Positions 62,952 through 64,000 of a stretch of DNA of 64,000 bases are shown here, piece after piece. The position numbers and the translations under genes are program-made. Within the stretch, counting starts at the first letter, position 1. Each line of letters begins with the position of its first letter. The notes beneath the pieces were generated by a model. The model saw nothing but the letters and a program-made list of their open reading frames with translations, had not been told where the DNA came from and ran no database searches. Source of the stretch: Octopus sinensis (taxonomy: Eukaryota); NCBI RefSeq assembly GCF_006345805.1, contig NC_043005.1:52514001-52578000 (forward strand), written 5' to 3'.

Positions 62952-64000
62952 TGGGTACTGGAAAACAGCAGCACAGGAAACGATGAAAATACTGTTCCTA
63001 CTGATAATAGTAATCTAATAGCAGAAAACAGAATGAAATCTCTAATAAACCACAGGAACGGAACGGTGATAGCTTGCTTGATAAGAAACATATAGATGGG
63101 TTGAAGAAGAGAATAAAACTAATGGTGATATGACAGATGGGTAAAAGGCAATCTACGAAAGAATAAAGGCAAGGCTACAGGAGAACGATAGCGACATTAT
63201 TTGCAACCCTGAAATGGTTGATTGGTGGAAATTGAACCAAGAAACGAAAAATGTGAATGAAATTCTGAAATATATCAGAACAAAAAACATCACAGAAACA
63301 AACAATTTGATCAAAGTAGCAAGTATTGTTGCAGCGGAAAATGTGGGTGATGATGTCGAGAAAAGAAATATAATACGAGTGATCCATGGTGCAAAAGAAG
63401 AATACAGGCGGAGTAAGATATGCTTTCGAACGACATTTCTGTGTTAGACCGAAACGAAAAGTGGGAGATTTAAAGCGAACTAAATTACAGGGCACTGAAC
63501 AGGAAGTGTGATATTGAAAGAAAGGGCCTGAAAGTGGTAATGGAGGAACTGAAACAGCGTCTCGTTGCAAAAAAAAAGCAAAGATTGTAAGATACGACCA
63601 AAGAATGATGGGATACCAGCAGAATAGACTATTCAGAGTAGATCAGAAGAGATTCTGCAAAGAAATAACTGGAGAGTGTACATATGAAAAAGTTGATACC
63701 AGATAACATTGAAAGTCAAAGGTTTTGGAGTGACATCTGTCGGAAAGACAAAGAGCACAAGAAGGATGCTGAATGGTTGCAAGAATTGAAACCAATAGCA
63801 GTCTGTCCAAAACAGACAGAACTAGTTATTTCAGTAAGTGAAGTGAAGGAAATCAGCAAAAAAGAAAGGCTGGGGGCGGGGCAACTGCAAGGCTCCGGGA
63901 TCAGATGGAGTTCAAGGCTGCTGGATCAAAAAATTTGGTGAATGTCATGCACGAATAGCTGCACAACTCAACACCTTGTTCAATGTCGGCCAAGTAACAT
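62952..64000 (+). mobile_element. R4/Dong-clade non-LTR retrotransposon, N-terminal ORF region up to the start of RT (runs off the window)
   Basis: ILKYIRTKNITETNNLIKVASIV, PWCKRRIQ, KGLKVVMEELKQRLVAK, YDQR..YQQNRLFRVDQKRF, IPDNIESQRFWSDI, EHKKDAEWLQELK and NCKAPGSDGVQGCWIKKF..HARIAAQLN, with few frameshifts or stops. Preceded by (AAT)n(AAG)n. Confidence 0.92.

Overview
AT-rich eukaryotic DNA, almost entirely non-coding and dense with microsatellites and retroelements. The repeat landscape suggests an octopus or other coleoid cephalopod genome; this is an inference and no database was searched. I found no confidently supported host gene, tRNA or rRNA gene, or CRISPR array. Most long ORFs in the supplied track are translations of (TA)n, (CA)n or trinucleotide repeats. 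Supported content: four tRNA-derived SINE families in more than 25 copies (three copies with 12-16 bp target-site duplications); two R4/Dong-clade non-LTR retrotransposon relics, one apparently interrupted by a solo LTR; CR1-like and RTE-like LINE fragments; Penelope-like (PLE) GIY-YIG fragments; an internally deleted mariner; a pogo/Tigger-like MITE; and a 290-bp foldback element. The strongest signal is six minimal type-I hammerhead ribozyme-like motifs, all on the minus strand, in PLE-derived repeats. They carry non-canonical cores (CUGUUGA or CCGACGA), compensatory stem I changes and a palindromic stem III. Other leads are a decayed HDV-like fold at an RTE 5' end, a TAA-flanked 540-bp element next to a Dong LINE, and a duplicated 72-75 codon frame enriched for synonymous differences. 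All translations and alignments were done by eye, so boundaries of decayed copies are approximate.
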